Below are positions 6,883 through 14,917 of a DNA stretch of 32,000 bases, piece after piece (positions within the stretch are counted from its first letter, which is position 1; every line of letters starts with the position of its first letter). The position numbers and the translations under genes were made by a program. The notes beneath the pieces are model-generated. The model was not told where the DNA came from and ran no database searches. It saw only the letters and a program-made list of their open reading frames with translations. The stretch is from assembly GCF_002197845.1 (NCBI RefSeq), contig NZ_NIDE01000017.1, forward strand, positions 386,712 through 418,711, written 5' to 3'. The stretch is from Fimbriiglobus ruber. Lineage in GTDB: Bacteria; Planctomycetota; Planctomycetia; Gemmatales; Gemmataceae.

Positions 6883-8400
6883 TCACCGCCGCGGCGGCAG
6901 CACTTCCGTGTTCGTCGTCGGCTTGTACACCGGGATCGCCCCTTCGAGCGGGACCGGGGGAATGGGGGCGACGGCCGGCGGCGCGGCTGGTTGCTGCGGG
7001 AGTGTGTTCCGGGTGGGTGCGATCGGGAGCGGAGCCGACGGCGGAAGCGGGGCGTCGGGCGACTCCTTGAGGCCGGTACTCGGGCGAACGATCCCGCCCG
7101 CGCCCAGCGTTTCCGGCCGGCGGGCGATCTTGTCCGCGAACACTTCCAGGTCGCGGGTGATCTTCTCCACCCGCGCCAGCGTCCGCGCCGCGCTCACCGT
7201 CGCGTCGTTCAGGTTGGCGAACAGCGACGGGTCGGTCAGCAACTTCTGAACAGTGCCCTCGCCGCTGCTCGCGGATTTGACCAGCGTTTGCACGTTAGCC
7301 AACATGCCGGACAACTGCTCGGACGCGGCCCGCAAGTTCTTCACCGTCTGGTCGACGTTCTGCACGATCCCGGGCGCGGCGTCGACCAGCGGCCGCGTGA
7401 CTTTTTCCACATTGTCGATCACCCGCTCGGTCTGCGCGATCCGGGCCTGAAGTTCCTTCAGTGTCGACTCGGCCTGGCCCGCGACCACGGCGACGAGCCG
7501 GATCATCTTCGTCAGGTCGTCGCTCGCCGCCTGGAGGTTTTTGAGCGTCGCCGAGAAAGCCTTGCGGTTTTCCGGGTTGAGCGCGTCGTTCGCGCTGTCC
7601 GCCGCATCACGGACAGACTTGAGCGTCTTATTCACGTCCGGGCCGTTCTCCTTCAGCATCGCCCGCAGGTCTTCGGCCGCGGGGCGGACGGTCTTCAACA
7701 AGTCGATGATCTCTTTCATCATCGCCCGCACCGTGACCGGCTCGTCTGGCGCGCCGGGGACGTTCGCACCGATCAGATCCTGGATGCGGGCGTTCGTCTG
7801 GCGGAGTTCCGGGACGATCTCCCGCCCGGTCCGAGCTAACCCGGCGACCTCGTCCAGCGCCCGCTCCGCTTTCGGGGCCACTCGTTCGAACCGCTCCATC
7901 GACTGGAGTAAGCGGGCGATCGATTCCTGGGCGGTGGGGATCACGCCCGAGGCTTCTTTGAGGAGGATCCGCGTGTTGACGGGCGGTACGCCTGGGATCT
8001 CGCTGTCCGGCGGGTAAGGCTCGCGGGAAACCACGGTCGCGATCTCGGCCGCCGACTTGGGCACGAAATCGATGGTCGTGTCGCCGCTGAGGATGCCGCG
8101 GGAGATCGCCGGTTCGTCGGTCGGCCGGGGCATGAATTTCTTTTCTACCTCCACCGCCACGCGAACCTGCCCGGTCTCCTCGTCCAGGTCGACCCCGCCC
8201 ACCTCGCCGATCCGCACGCCGGACTTCCGCACCGGCGTACCGGGGCCGACACCGGGGGCTTCCGGGAAGAGAAGCGTGTATTTCACGCGGTTCGACAAAA
8301 TGCCCGGCCGCCCGCCGAACAGCACGACGAGCGCGGACAGGACGAGCAACGACCCGCCCACGAAAATCCCGAGTCGTATCTTCGCGCGCCGCTCGGCCAT
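6883..8400 (-). CDS. mlaD: MCE/MlaD-family substrate-binding protein with a long helical and Pro-rich C-terminal extension
   Basis: N-terminal TM helix (LGIFVGGSLLVLSALVVLFGG) followed by an MCE domain (YTLLFPEAPGVGPGTPVRKSGVRIGEVGGVDL...VRVAVEV). ATG 8400 (GAGGG upstream) is preferred over TTG 8430. Confidence 0.85.
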   Translation of the reverse strand: MAERRAKIRLGIFVGGSLLVLSALVVLFGGRPGILSNRVKYTLLFPEAPGVGPGTPVRKSGVRIGEVGGVDLDEETGQVRVAVEVEKKFMPRPTDEPAISRGILSGDTTIDFVPKSAAEIATVVSREPYPPDSEIPGVPPVNTRILLKEASGVIPTAQESIARLLQSMERFERVAPKAERALDEVAGLARTGREIVPELRQTNARIQDLIGANVPGAPDEPVTVRAMMKEIIDLLKTVRPAAEDLRAMLKENGPDVNKTLKSVRDAADSANDALNPENRKAFSATLKNLQAASDDLTKMIRLVAVVAGQAESTLKELQARIAQTERVIDNVEKVTRPLVDAAPGIVQNVDQTVKNLRAASEQLSGMLANVQTLVKSASSGEGTVQKLLTDPSLFANLNDATVSAARTLARVEKITRDLEVFADKIARRPETLGAGGIVRPSTGLKESPDAPLPPSAPLPIAPTRNTLPQQPAAPPAVAPIPPVPLEGAIPVYKPTTNTEVLPPRR

Positions 8401-8445
8401 GACAGAAACCCTCAGTCGCTTGGAAGCCAAACCCGCTTCGGGTTT

Positions 8446-9270
8446 TCATTCGTTGTCTGCCCGCAGCTCGGACAATCGATCGCGGGCTTCGCCTTCCACG
8501 AACTGGCGGACCCGCTGGTCGGCGCACTCGCGCAACCCTTCGGGCGGGCCGTCGTAGAGTACCTGCGACTCGCCCGGTTTGAGGCGGGCCAGCGGGTAGA
8601 GCATGATTACGCGGTCGGCGACTTTCTGCACCGTCCGCATCTCGTGCGTCACCACCAGGCTCGTCACCGGCCGCTTCTGGCGGGTTTGCAGAATCAGTTC
8701 GTTGATCACGTCGGTCATGATCGGGTCGAGCCCGGTCGTCGGCTCGTCGTACAGCATAACGTCCGGCGCGAGGGCGAGAGCCCGGGCCAGCCCGACCCGC
8801 TTCCGCATCCCCCCGGACAACTCGGCCGGCATCTGGTTCTCGACCTTCTTGTACGACAGGCCGACGTCCTCCAGTCGCTCGCGAACCCGCGTGCGGACGG
8901 CTTCGTCCGCGATTCCGCCTTTCGCCCGCAACCCGAAAGCTACGTTGTCGTACACGCTCAGGCTGTCGAACAGGGCCGCCTGTTGGAACAGGAACCCGAC
9001 CCGCAGGCGCATCGCGGTGAGTTCGCGCTCGCGCATCCGGCGGACCGGCTTGCCCTCGAAATAGACCTCGCCGGTCGTGGGCGTCAGCAGGCCGACCACG
9101 AGCTTGAGCGTGACCGACTTGCCGCAGCCGCTCTCGCCGATCAGCACCACGGTCTGGTGCGGGTAAATGTCCAGTGAGACGTTCGACAACACCTGCTGCC
9201 GGCCGAAGCCGATCGACGCGTTCGCCAGCCGGATTACCGGCTCGGGCGGAGTGGCAGCGGGCTCATTCAT
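8446..9270 (-). CDS. mlaF: ABC transporter ATP-binding protein, MlaF-like
   Basis: Walker A GESGCGKS, ABC signature LSGGMRKR, Walker B VMLYDEPTTGLD, H-loop VVTHE. Confidence 0.9.
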   Translation of the reverse strand: MNEPAATPPEPVIRLANASIGFGRQQVLSNVSLDIYPHQTVVLIGESGCGKSVTLKLVVGLLTPTTGEVYFEGKPVRRMRERELTAMRLRVGFLFQQAALFDSLSVYDNVAFGLRAKGGIADEAVRTRVRERLEDVGLSYKKVENQMPAELSGGMRKRVGLARALALAPDVMLYDEPTTGLDPIMTDVINELILQTRQKRPVTSLVVTHEMRTVQKVADRVIMLYPLARLKPGESQVLYDGPPEGLRECADQRVRQFVEGEARDRLSELRADNE

Positions 9271-9299
9271 ACGCGGCTGTTCCCCGACAGACTTTGCGC

Positions 9300-9377
9300 A
9301 AATTTGGAGTGCGGCGCTTGACCGCCGCTTTGGTTTTTAAAAGCAAAAGCGGCGGTCAAGCGCCGCACTCCAAATTT
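9300..9377. repeat. 78-bp palindrome: 32-bp perfect inverted repeat with a 14-nt spacer between mlaE and mlaF
   Basis: aaatttggagtgcggcgcttgaccgccgcttt (9300-9331) has its exact reverse complement at 9346-9377. The spacer is ggtttttaaaagca. Each arm contains an internal GCGGCG-cttgac-CGCCGC hairpin followed by a T-rich run on either strand. Confidence 0.95.
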
Positions 9378-9389
9378 AGACAACAATCG

Positions 9390-10247
9390 TCACGCTACTT
9401 TCGCCCCGGACGCTGGCCAGAACAGGGTGGCGATCGCGGTGGACAGCATGGCCAGGATGAAGTCGATGACCAGGATGGCAACGAAAGAAAGCACGAACCC
9501 TTCCGTGGCTGCCCGGCCCACGCCCTCGGCTCCGGGTCGGCTGTGGAACCCGCGGTGACAACAAATCAGTGCCAACACGCCTCCGAAGATGACCGACTTG
9601 CCCAACCCGACGAGCAAGTCCCACTGTTTGACGTAATTCGCCGTGTGCCGCCAGTAGTGGAACGAGTCGATGTGGTACACCTTCAGGCTAATGAGCGTAC
9701 TCCCGACCACGCCCATCGCGTCGGCCAGAACCGTGAGCAACGGGATGACGAGGAGGCAGCCGAGGAACCGCGGGGCGACGAGGTATTTGACCGGGTCGAC
9801 GCCGAGGCAGGCGAGGGCGTCGATTTGCTCGGTGACGCGCATGGTCGCGAGCTGGGCCGCCATCGCGGTCCCCACCCGGCCGGCCAGCATGACCGCGGCC
9901 AAAACCGGGCCGAGTTCCCGCACGACCGACATGTGGATCACCGCGCCCAGCGACGTGTCCAGGCCGATCATGTGGAACTGGTTGTACGCCTGGACGGCCA
10001 GCACCATGCCGATGAACGTGCCCGTGATCGCGATCACGCCGACCGAACTGACGCCGACTTCGACGCAGACGCGGATGAGTTCGTTGATTTTGAGGTGTCG
10101 GGAGACGACGCCCGAGATGGCCCGGGCGGAGAAGATCGTCCAGTCGCCGAGGCCCGCGAAATTGTCGGCCAGGGCTTCACCGACGTTCCTCAAGAACCCC
10201 GGCTCGGCGGGGGCAATCGGTGCCGGGGCTGCGGATACGCTGGCCAT
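9390..10247 (-). CDS. mlaE: ABC transporter permease, MlaE-like
   Basis: Multi-pass membrane protein with MlaE-type blocks (VVRELGPVLAAVMLAGRVGTAMAAQLATMRVTEQIDAL, DPVKYLVAPR). ATG 10247 (MASVSAAP) is preferred over the track start at 10307. Confidence 0.9.
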   Translation of the reverse strand: MASVSAAPAPIAPAEPGFLRNVGEALADNFAGLGDWTIFSARAISGVVSRHLKINELIRVCVEVGVSSVGVIAITGTFIGMVLAVQAYNQFHMIGLDTSLGAVIHMSVVRELGPVLAAVMLAGRVGTAMAAQLATMRVTEQIDALACLGVDPVKYLVAPRFLGCLLVIPLLTVLADAMGVVGSTLISLKVYHIDSFHYWRHTANYVKQWDLLVGLGKSVIFGGVLALICCHRGFHSRPGAEGVGRAATEGFVLSFVAILVIDFILAMLSTAIATLFWPASGAKVA

Positions 10248-10457
10248 GCGGACAATCCTTGTCGTGTCGACGCGGGAAATGGGAAGCCGGCGTTCGTGCC
10301 GTTGCAATCATTTTGGCGAACGATTCGCCCGCCAATCCGTTCCCGGAACGATTTCCCCACGTTTCAACATCGAACGCCGGCCGGGTCCGGGACGAACCCG
10401 AGACCGCGGCCGGCGGTGGTGAGCAGGCGGGCGAACCATCATATCCGGCACGATCGG

Positions 10458-11309
10458 CTAATCCGCGGCGACCCGCCGGACCGGGCGCCCGTCACGCCAC
10501 TGGGTCCACGTCCTGTCTGCCGGGTTCCACTCCCACCCGTCGACCGGATCGACGTGGTGCTGGTAAAACACCGGCTGGGCCACGCGAGTGAATCGCCTCG
10601 CTTGCTGGCGGTCCCACCGGCGCTGTTCGTCGAGTCCACGCACCATCGCCAGCTCGGTGCGGCCCATCATGAACACGACCGCGGCGATCAGGACGAGCAT
10701 GTACTCTTTTTCCCGGATTCCAACAAACGCCATCAAGACCGCCATGATTGTGCCGACCACCATCGCGACTTCCGTCGCCGTGATCCGGTCGGTAAACAAG
10801 CTAACCACGGCCCGGAACACCCGCCCACCGTCCATCGGGAAGGCCGGGATCAGGTTAAACACGACCAGCACGATGTTGGCTACCAACACCCGAGAGAAGA
10901 ACGCCTCTTCCAGGCTGCCCGCCGACCTCAGGTTTTGGTCGAACCCAAGTCCGCCGACGACAAACAGGGCGTACAGTGATACGGCGATCGCCACGTTGAC
11001 GGCCGGCCCGGCCAGCGCGATCACGATTTCCGGCCACGCCTTCTCGGGGATGTTTTCCAACCGCGCCACGCCCCCGAGTGGGTAAAGCGTGATGTCCCGC
11101 GTGTTGATGCCGTAGCCGCGGGCCGCCATCGCGTGCCCTAGCTCGTGCAACGCGACGCAGCCGAAGACGGCGAACAGCACGGCGACATCGAGCGCCGCCT
11201 GTTCCGCACCCCGGCCGCTCAATATCACGAACAGGGGGAGCAGCCAAAAGGTCGGGTGGATAAAGAGATCGATGCCGAACACTCGGCCTAATTTTAGAGA
11301 TTGGAACAT
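10458..11309 (-). CDS. site-2 protease family (peptidase M50) membrane metalloprotease
   Basis: HELGH zinc motif and a second motif NLIPAFPMDGG, with several TM segments. ATG 11309 (AAGGTG upstream) is preferred over GTG 11318. Confidence 0.85.
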   Translation of the reverse strand: MFQSLKLGRVFGIDLFIHPTFWLLPLFVILSGRGAEQAALDVAVLFAVFGCVALHELGHAMAARGYGINTRDITLYPLGGVARLENIPEKAWPEIVIALAGPAVNVAIAVSLYALFVVGGLGFDQNLRSAGSLEEAFFSRVLVANIVLVVFNLIPAFPMDGGRVFRAVVSLFTDRITATEVAMVVGTIMAVLMAFVGIREKEYMLVLIAAVVFMMGRTELAMVRGLDEQRRWDRQQARRFTRVAQPVFYQHHVDPVDGWEWNPADRTWTQWRDGRPVRRVAAD

Positions 11310-11725
11310 TGGTGTCACCTTTCGATAACGCGGTGCGATTTTGTGGGGCTGGGCAGCACCGGTATCGGATTATTCGCCGGGCGGTGGCAAAACTTGCAGA
11401 AAACCGCGTGCCGAACTTAAACGGCGAGAACATCTCTGCCCCGCGTCTGTTGAATTAGATGGCGAAATGCGGCTTCGGATTCGCCCGAAGTCGAGAAACG
11501 ACAAAGGGGCGTCGGACCCGCCTTTACCGCGTCATAATTGCGGAATTGTGGCGCCTTGCTTCAACAAATCGGAACACAACCGAATTGTTGCCCAATCGAC
11601 GAAGTGTGTCTTTTTACCGAAAAAATGTGTCCACTCCGCCCACACCACGGCTCGAGTTCGACAATAATGAAATCGTAAATCTATACCGCGTCTCCAGATA
11701 TTCCCTCGCTTCCCGCGAGCCGACC

Positions 11726-12418
11726 ATGCCGCCCCGCTCATCCGTCCCCACGTTCGCCGCAACGACGCACGGGTTCCCGTTCCCGAACTGTTACCCACCT
11801 GGTTCGCCGGTGATTTCAGTTCCGACGCCGTTCGGTCAGGTCAAGGTCGGAGACGCCAGCGGCGGGCTGTGCGGCGGGATGGTGTTCGCGGCTCTCGACC
11901 TGTTCCTGTTCGGCCTCCCGCGACCCACAACCCCGCATCCGCCGGTCTATCAATACTTTTGCCGCCGGTTGCTCGACAGTTGGAACCTGCCGTTCGGCGT
12001 GATGAAGTATTACGACTGGCAGTGCCGCCCGGGCGCAAGTCGCACGCTCGCCGGGGTTCGTATTCGGGACGGCGTCTCCCGGCTCACGATCGAAGAAGAA
12101 TGGCCCAAGGTCCGGGCAGCGATCGACGCCGGCACCCCAGCCCCGCTTGGTCTGGTGAAGCCCAACTCGTTCAGCCCGCGCACCCTCGGCCAGAACCATC
12201 AGGTTCTCGCTTACGGCTACGAACTCGACGGGGCCGGCCAAGAGTTGACGCTGCTCGTATACGACCCGAACTACCCGAACGACGATCACTTGACGCTTCG
12301 GGTGTCGCTGGCCGACCCGGACCGCGAGAGGCAGGTGGTCCACAGTGTCGAAGGGCCGAGCGTCCGCGGGTTCTTCCTCACCGAGTACCGCTGCCCGCCC
12401 GACGCCCCGGTGTTTTGA
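11726..12418 (+). CDS. hypothetical protein, possible papain-fold (C39-like) cysteine peptidase
   Basis: ATG 11726 gives MPPRSSVPTF..., 230 aa. The candidate triad order is Cys in GGLCGGMVFAAL, His in NHQVLAYGYE, and Asp/Asn in LLVYDPNYPND. The upstream part of track ORF 11459.. lies in AT-richer non-coding-looking DNA. Confidence 0.6.
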   Translation: MPPRSSVPTFAATTHGFPFPNCYPPGSPVISVPTPFGQVKVGDASGGLCGGMVFAALDLFLFGLPRPTTPHPPVYQYFCRRLLDSWNLPFGVMKYYDWQCRPGASRTLAGVRIRDGVSRLTIEEEWPKVRAAIDAGTPAPLGLVKPNSFSPRTLGQNHQVLAYGYELDGAGQELTLLVYDPNYPNDDHLTLRVSLADPDRERQVVHSVEGPSVRGFFLTEYRCPPDAPVF

Positions 12419-12483
12419 AAGAAGTTAGCCACAGAGGTCACGGAGAAAGCACTCGGAGAGCAGGGCGTCTTGTGCGGTCTCCG

Positions 12484-13893
12484 CTACGGAGTGGGCGGAA
12501 GCTGGGCCACACCGCCGCGCTTGCGCACGATCAGCATCGCGATTTCCAGGGATTGCTCGTAGTTGAGGCGCGGATCGACGGTCGACTTGTACGCGCGGGC
12601 CAGATCGGCCTCGGTTAGATCGCGCGCGCCGCCGAGGCATTCGGTGACGTTCTCGCCGGTCAGTTCCAGGTGTACGCCGCCCAGTCGCGTGCCGCAGGCG
12701 GCGTGGATATCGAAAGCGAAATCGAGTTCGGCGCGGATGTTCTCAAAGCGCCGCGTCTTCACCCCGTTCGCCAGCGTCTCGCCGTTGCCGTGCATCGGGT
12801 CCGAACACCAGAGTACGCGCTTGCCTTCGGCCTTCACCGCGTTCAGGTGTTGCGGCAGTTCGGCTTCGATCTTCGCGGCGCCCATGCGCGTGATCAGCGT
12901 GAGGCGGCCGGGTTCGTTTTCCGGATCGAGCGCGTCGATCGTGCGCAGCAACTGGTCCGGTTTCACGCCCGGCCCGACCTTCAAACCCATCGGATTGCGG
13001 ATGCCGCGACAGTATTCGACGTGCGCGCCGTCGAGTTGCGCCGTCCGCATGCCGATCCACGGGAAATGCGTCGACAGGTTGAACCACCCCCAGTTCCGCG
13101 GTACCTGGCGCGTGACCGCCTGTTCGTAGTTGAGCAGCAGTGCCTCGTGCGAGGTGTAGAAATCCACTTTCCCAAAAGTGGACAACGGCACGCCGGCCAG
13201 CGTCTCCATGAAACGCACCGAATCGCCGATCGACTCGACCATGCGCCGGTATTCGCCCTGCAGCGGCGAATGCTCGACCCAGGCCAGGTCCCAGTATTCC
13301 GGATGATGCAGGTCGGCGAAACCGCCGTCGATCAGCGCGCGCACGAAATTCATCGTCAGCGCCGATTTGGAATGCGCTTCGATGAGGCGCTGCGGGTCGG
13401 GTTCGCGGGCGCCCGCGCTGAATTCCGGCGCGTTGACGATGTCGCCGCGGTAGCACGGCAGAGTGACGCCGTCGCGCGTTTCCGTGTCCGCCGACCGCGG
13501 CTTCGCGTACTGGCCGGCGAAGCGGCCGACGCGCACGACCGGCAACTTGAGCCCGTGTACGAGTACCAGGCTCATCTGCAGCAGCACTTTCAAACGGTTG
13601 GAGATCAACGGCGAGTTGCAGTCGGAGAAACTCTCGGCGCAATCGCCGCCCTGCAACAGGAAGCAACGCCCTTCCGCCGCATCGGCCAGCTTGTGCTTCA
13701 ACGCGAGCACTTCCCACGAGGTCACCAGCGGCGGCAGCTCGCGCAATTCGGCGACGGCGCGATCGAGCGCGGCGGCATCCGCGTACACCGGCTGCTGCAC
13801 GGCTGTCTTGTTCTTCCACGACGTCGGCGCCCAATCCTTGGCTACGTTGACCGGGGTCGAAGTTGTTTCGTTCGCGCGCATGGCATTGCTCAT
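12484..13893 (-). CDS. class II (plant/actinobacterial-type) 3-deoxy-7-phosphoheptulonate (DAHP) synthase
   Basis: ~470 aa with class II hallmarks: LLQGGDCAESF, RFAGQYAKPRS, YRGD.VN, FPWIGMRT, DPMHGN, GGVHLELTG. ATG at 13893; the track start at 13896 is TTG. Confidence 0.92.
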   Translation of the reverse strand: MSNAMRANETTSTPVNVAKDWAPTSWKNKTAVQQPVYADAAALDRAVAELRELPPLVTSWEVLALKHKLADAAEGRCFLLQGGDCAESFSDCNSPLISNRLKVLLQMSLVLVHGLKLPVVRVGRFAGQYAKPRSADTETRDGVTLPCYRGDIVNAPEFSAGAREPDPQRLIEAHSKSALTMNFVRALIDGGFADLHHPEYWDLAWVEHSPLQGEYRRMVESIGDSVRFMETLAGVPLSTFGKVDFYTSHEALLLNYEQAVTRQVPRNWGWFNLSTHFPWIGMRTAQLDGAHVEYCRGIRNPMGLKVGPGVKPDQLLRTIDALDPENEPGRLTLITRMGAAKIEAELPQHLNAVKAEGKRVLWCSDPMHGNGETLANGVKTRRFENIRAELDFAFDIHAACGTRLGGVHLELTGENVTECLGGARDLTEADLARAYKSTVDPRLNYEQSLEIAMLIVRKRGGVAQLPPTP

Positions 13894-14111
13894 CAAGTCG
13901 CGTCCGGCGTCACGCCAGATTGATGCGGCGGCGCAACTTGTTCTTAGGCGTTCGGCATGTGATAGCGTACCCGCCGACCGATTTCACAACGCCGGGGGCA
14001 AGCCGAAGTAGCTTCATCGGTGGGTAAGCTAATTCCTGCCGAACGCCTTACTACTAATGATCTTTTTCTGCCTGAAAAGACGTGGGCTTTCTTTCTCTCT
14101 GTTCCCTGTGG

Positions 14112-14840
14112 CTAAACCTCTTCGGCGGTCGCGGCCGGCGGCGTCAGCCAGATGTCGCCGAACGGCTCGGGCTGGTCGAGCCGGATGGCCCGGATCTTGA
14201 TCAGTTCGAGGACGGCGAGGAAGAGCCCGATCAACCGCACCTTGGTGTGCGGCGGGGTGAACAGGTCGCGGAAGAGAACCCGCCCGGCTGCCAGGACTTG
14301 GTCGCGGATGAGCGATTCGTACACGTGCTGCGGCGTGTCATCTTCGACCACCGAGGTCGCGTCCGCGGCGTGCGTCTCGCGCATGAGCCGGGCGAACGCA
14401 CTCACAAGATCCCACAACTCGACCGGCCGCACAACCGGGGCACCGGGGCGAACCGGCTCTTCCGGGGTGACGCGCGCGAGGCGTGTTCCCTGTTGCTCGG
14501 CCCGCTGTTCGAGGGCGGCGGCCGCGTCCTTGAAGGCCCGGTATTCGAGTAGTTGCCGGACCAGCTCGCGCCGGGGGTCGGGCGCCTCGTGGTCCGCGGC
14601 CGGGGCGTCCACCGGCAGCAGCGACCGCGCCTTGATCTCCATGAGCGTGGCCGCCATCACCAGGAAGTCCCCGGCGAGTTCCACGTCCAGGGCTTGGGCG
14701 GCCGCCATGAATTCCGTGTACTGGTCCACGAGTTCCGAGATCGCGATGTCGAGGACGTCCACCTCGTTGCGCTTGACCAGGTACAGCAACAGGTCGAGCG
14801 GGCCGTGGAAGGAGTCGAGCGCGACCTGGTAGAGTGTCAT
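14112..14840 (-). CDS. scpA: segregation and condensation protein A (kleisin ScpA)
   Basis: MTLYQVALDSFHGPLDLLLYLVKRNEVDVLDIAISELVDQY...FLVMAATLMEIKARSLLP is the canonical ScpA N-terminus. The C-terminal winged-helix-like part is LFLAVLELIK. Confidence 0.9.
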   Translation of the reverse strand: MTLYQVALDSFHGPLDLLLYLVKRNEVDVLDIAISELVDQYTEFMAAAQALDVELAGDFLVMAATLMEIKARSLLPVDAPAADHEAPDPRRELVRQLLEYRAFKDAAAALEQRAEQQGTRLARVTPEEPVRPGAPVVRPVELWDLVSAFARLMRETHAADATSVVEDDTPQHVYESLIRDQVLAAGRVLFRDLFTPPHTKVRLIGLFLAVLELIKIRAIRLDQPEPFGDIWLTPPAATAEEV

Positions 14841-14865
14841 GGGCCGGCCGGATTGGGCAAAGCGA

Positions 14866-14900
14866 ACGAAAAAAGCCCGCGGGTTTTTCCCCCGCGGGCT
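14866..14900 (-). terminator. rho-independent terminator after kinase/tubulin-like gene 1, 26 nt upstream of the scpA ATG
   Basis: On the minus strand: AGCCCGCGGG-ggaaaaa-CCCGCGGGCT followed by TTTTTTC. The 10-bp perfect GC stem is at 14874-14883 and 14891-14900, and the T-run is the complement of 14868-14873. Confidence 0.8.
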
Positions 14901-14917
14901 GTCGTGTACGGTCCCCG

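Noticed and set aside
9174-10979. 601-aa plus-strand ORF spanning mlaE and the S2P protease gene
   Set aside because: It is antisense to two genes with strong family motifs. Its composition is dominated by R/D/H/P/G, and it crosses an intergenic region. Shadow ORF.
12670-13923. 417-aa plus-strand ORF and the 363-aa out-of-frame minus ORF (12743..13834) over the DAHP synthase gene
   Set aside because: The 12484..13893 minus frame matches class II DAHP synthase end to end. The others are compositional shadows.
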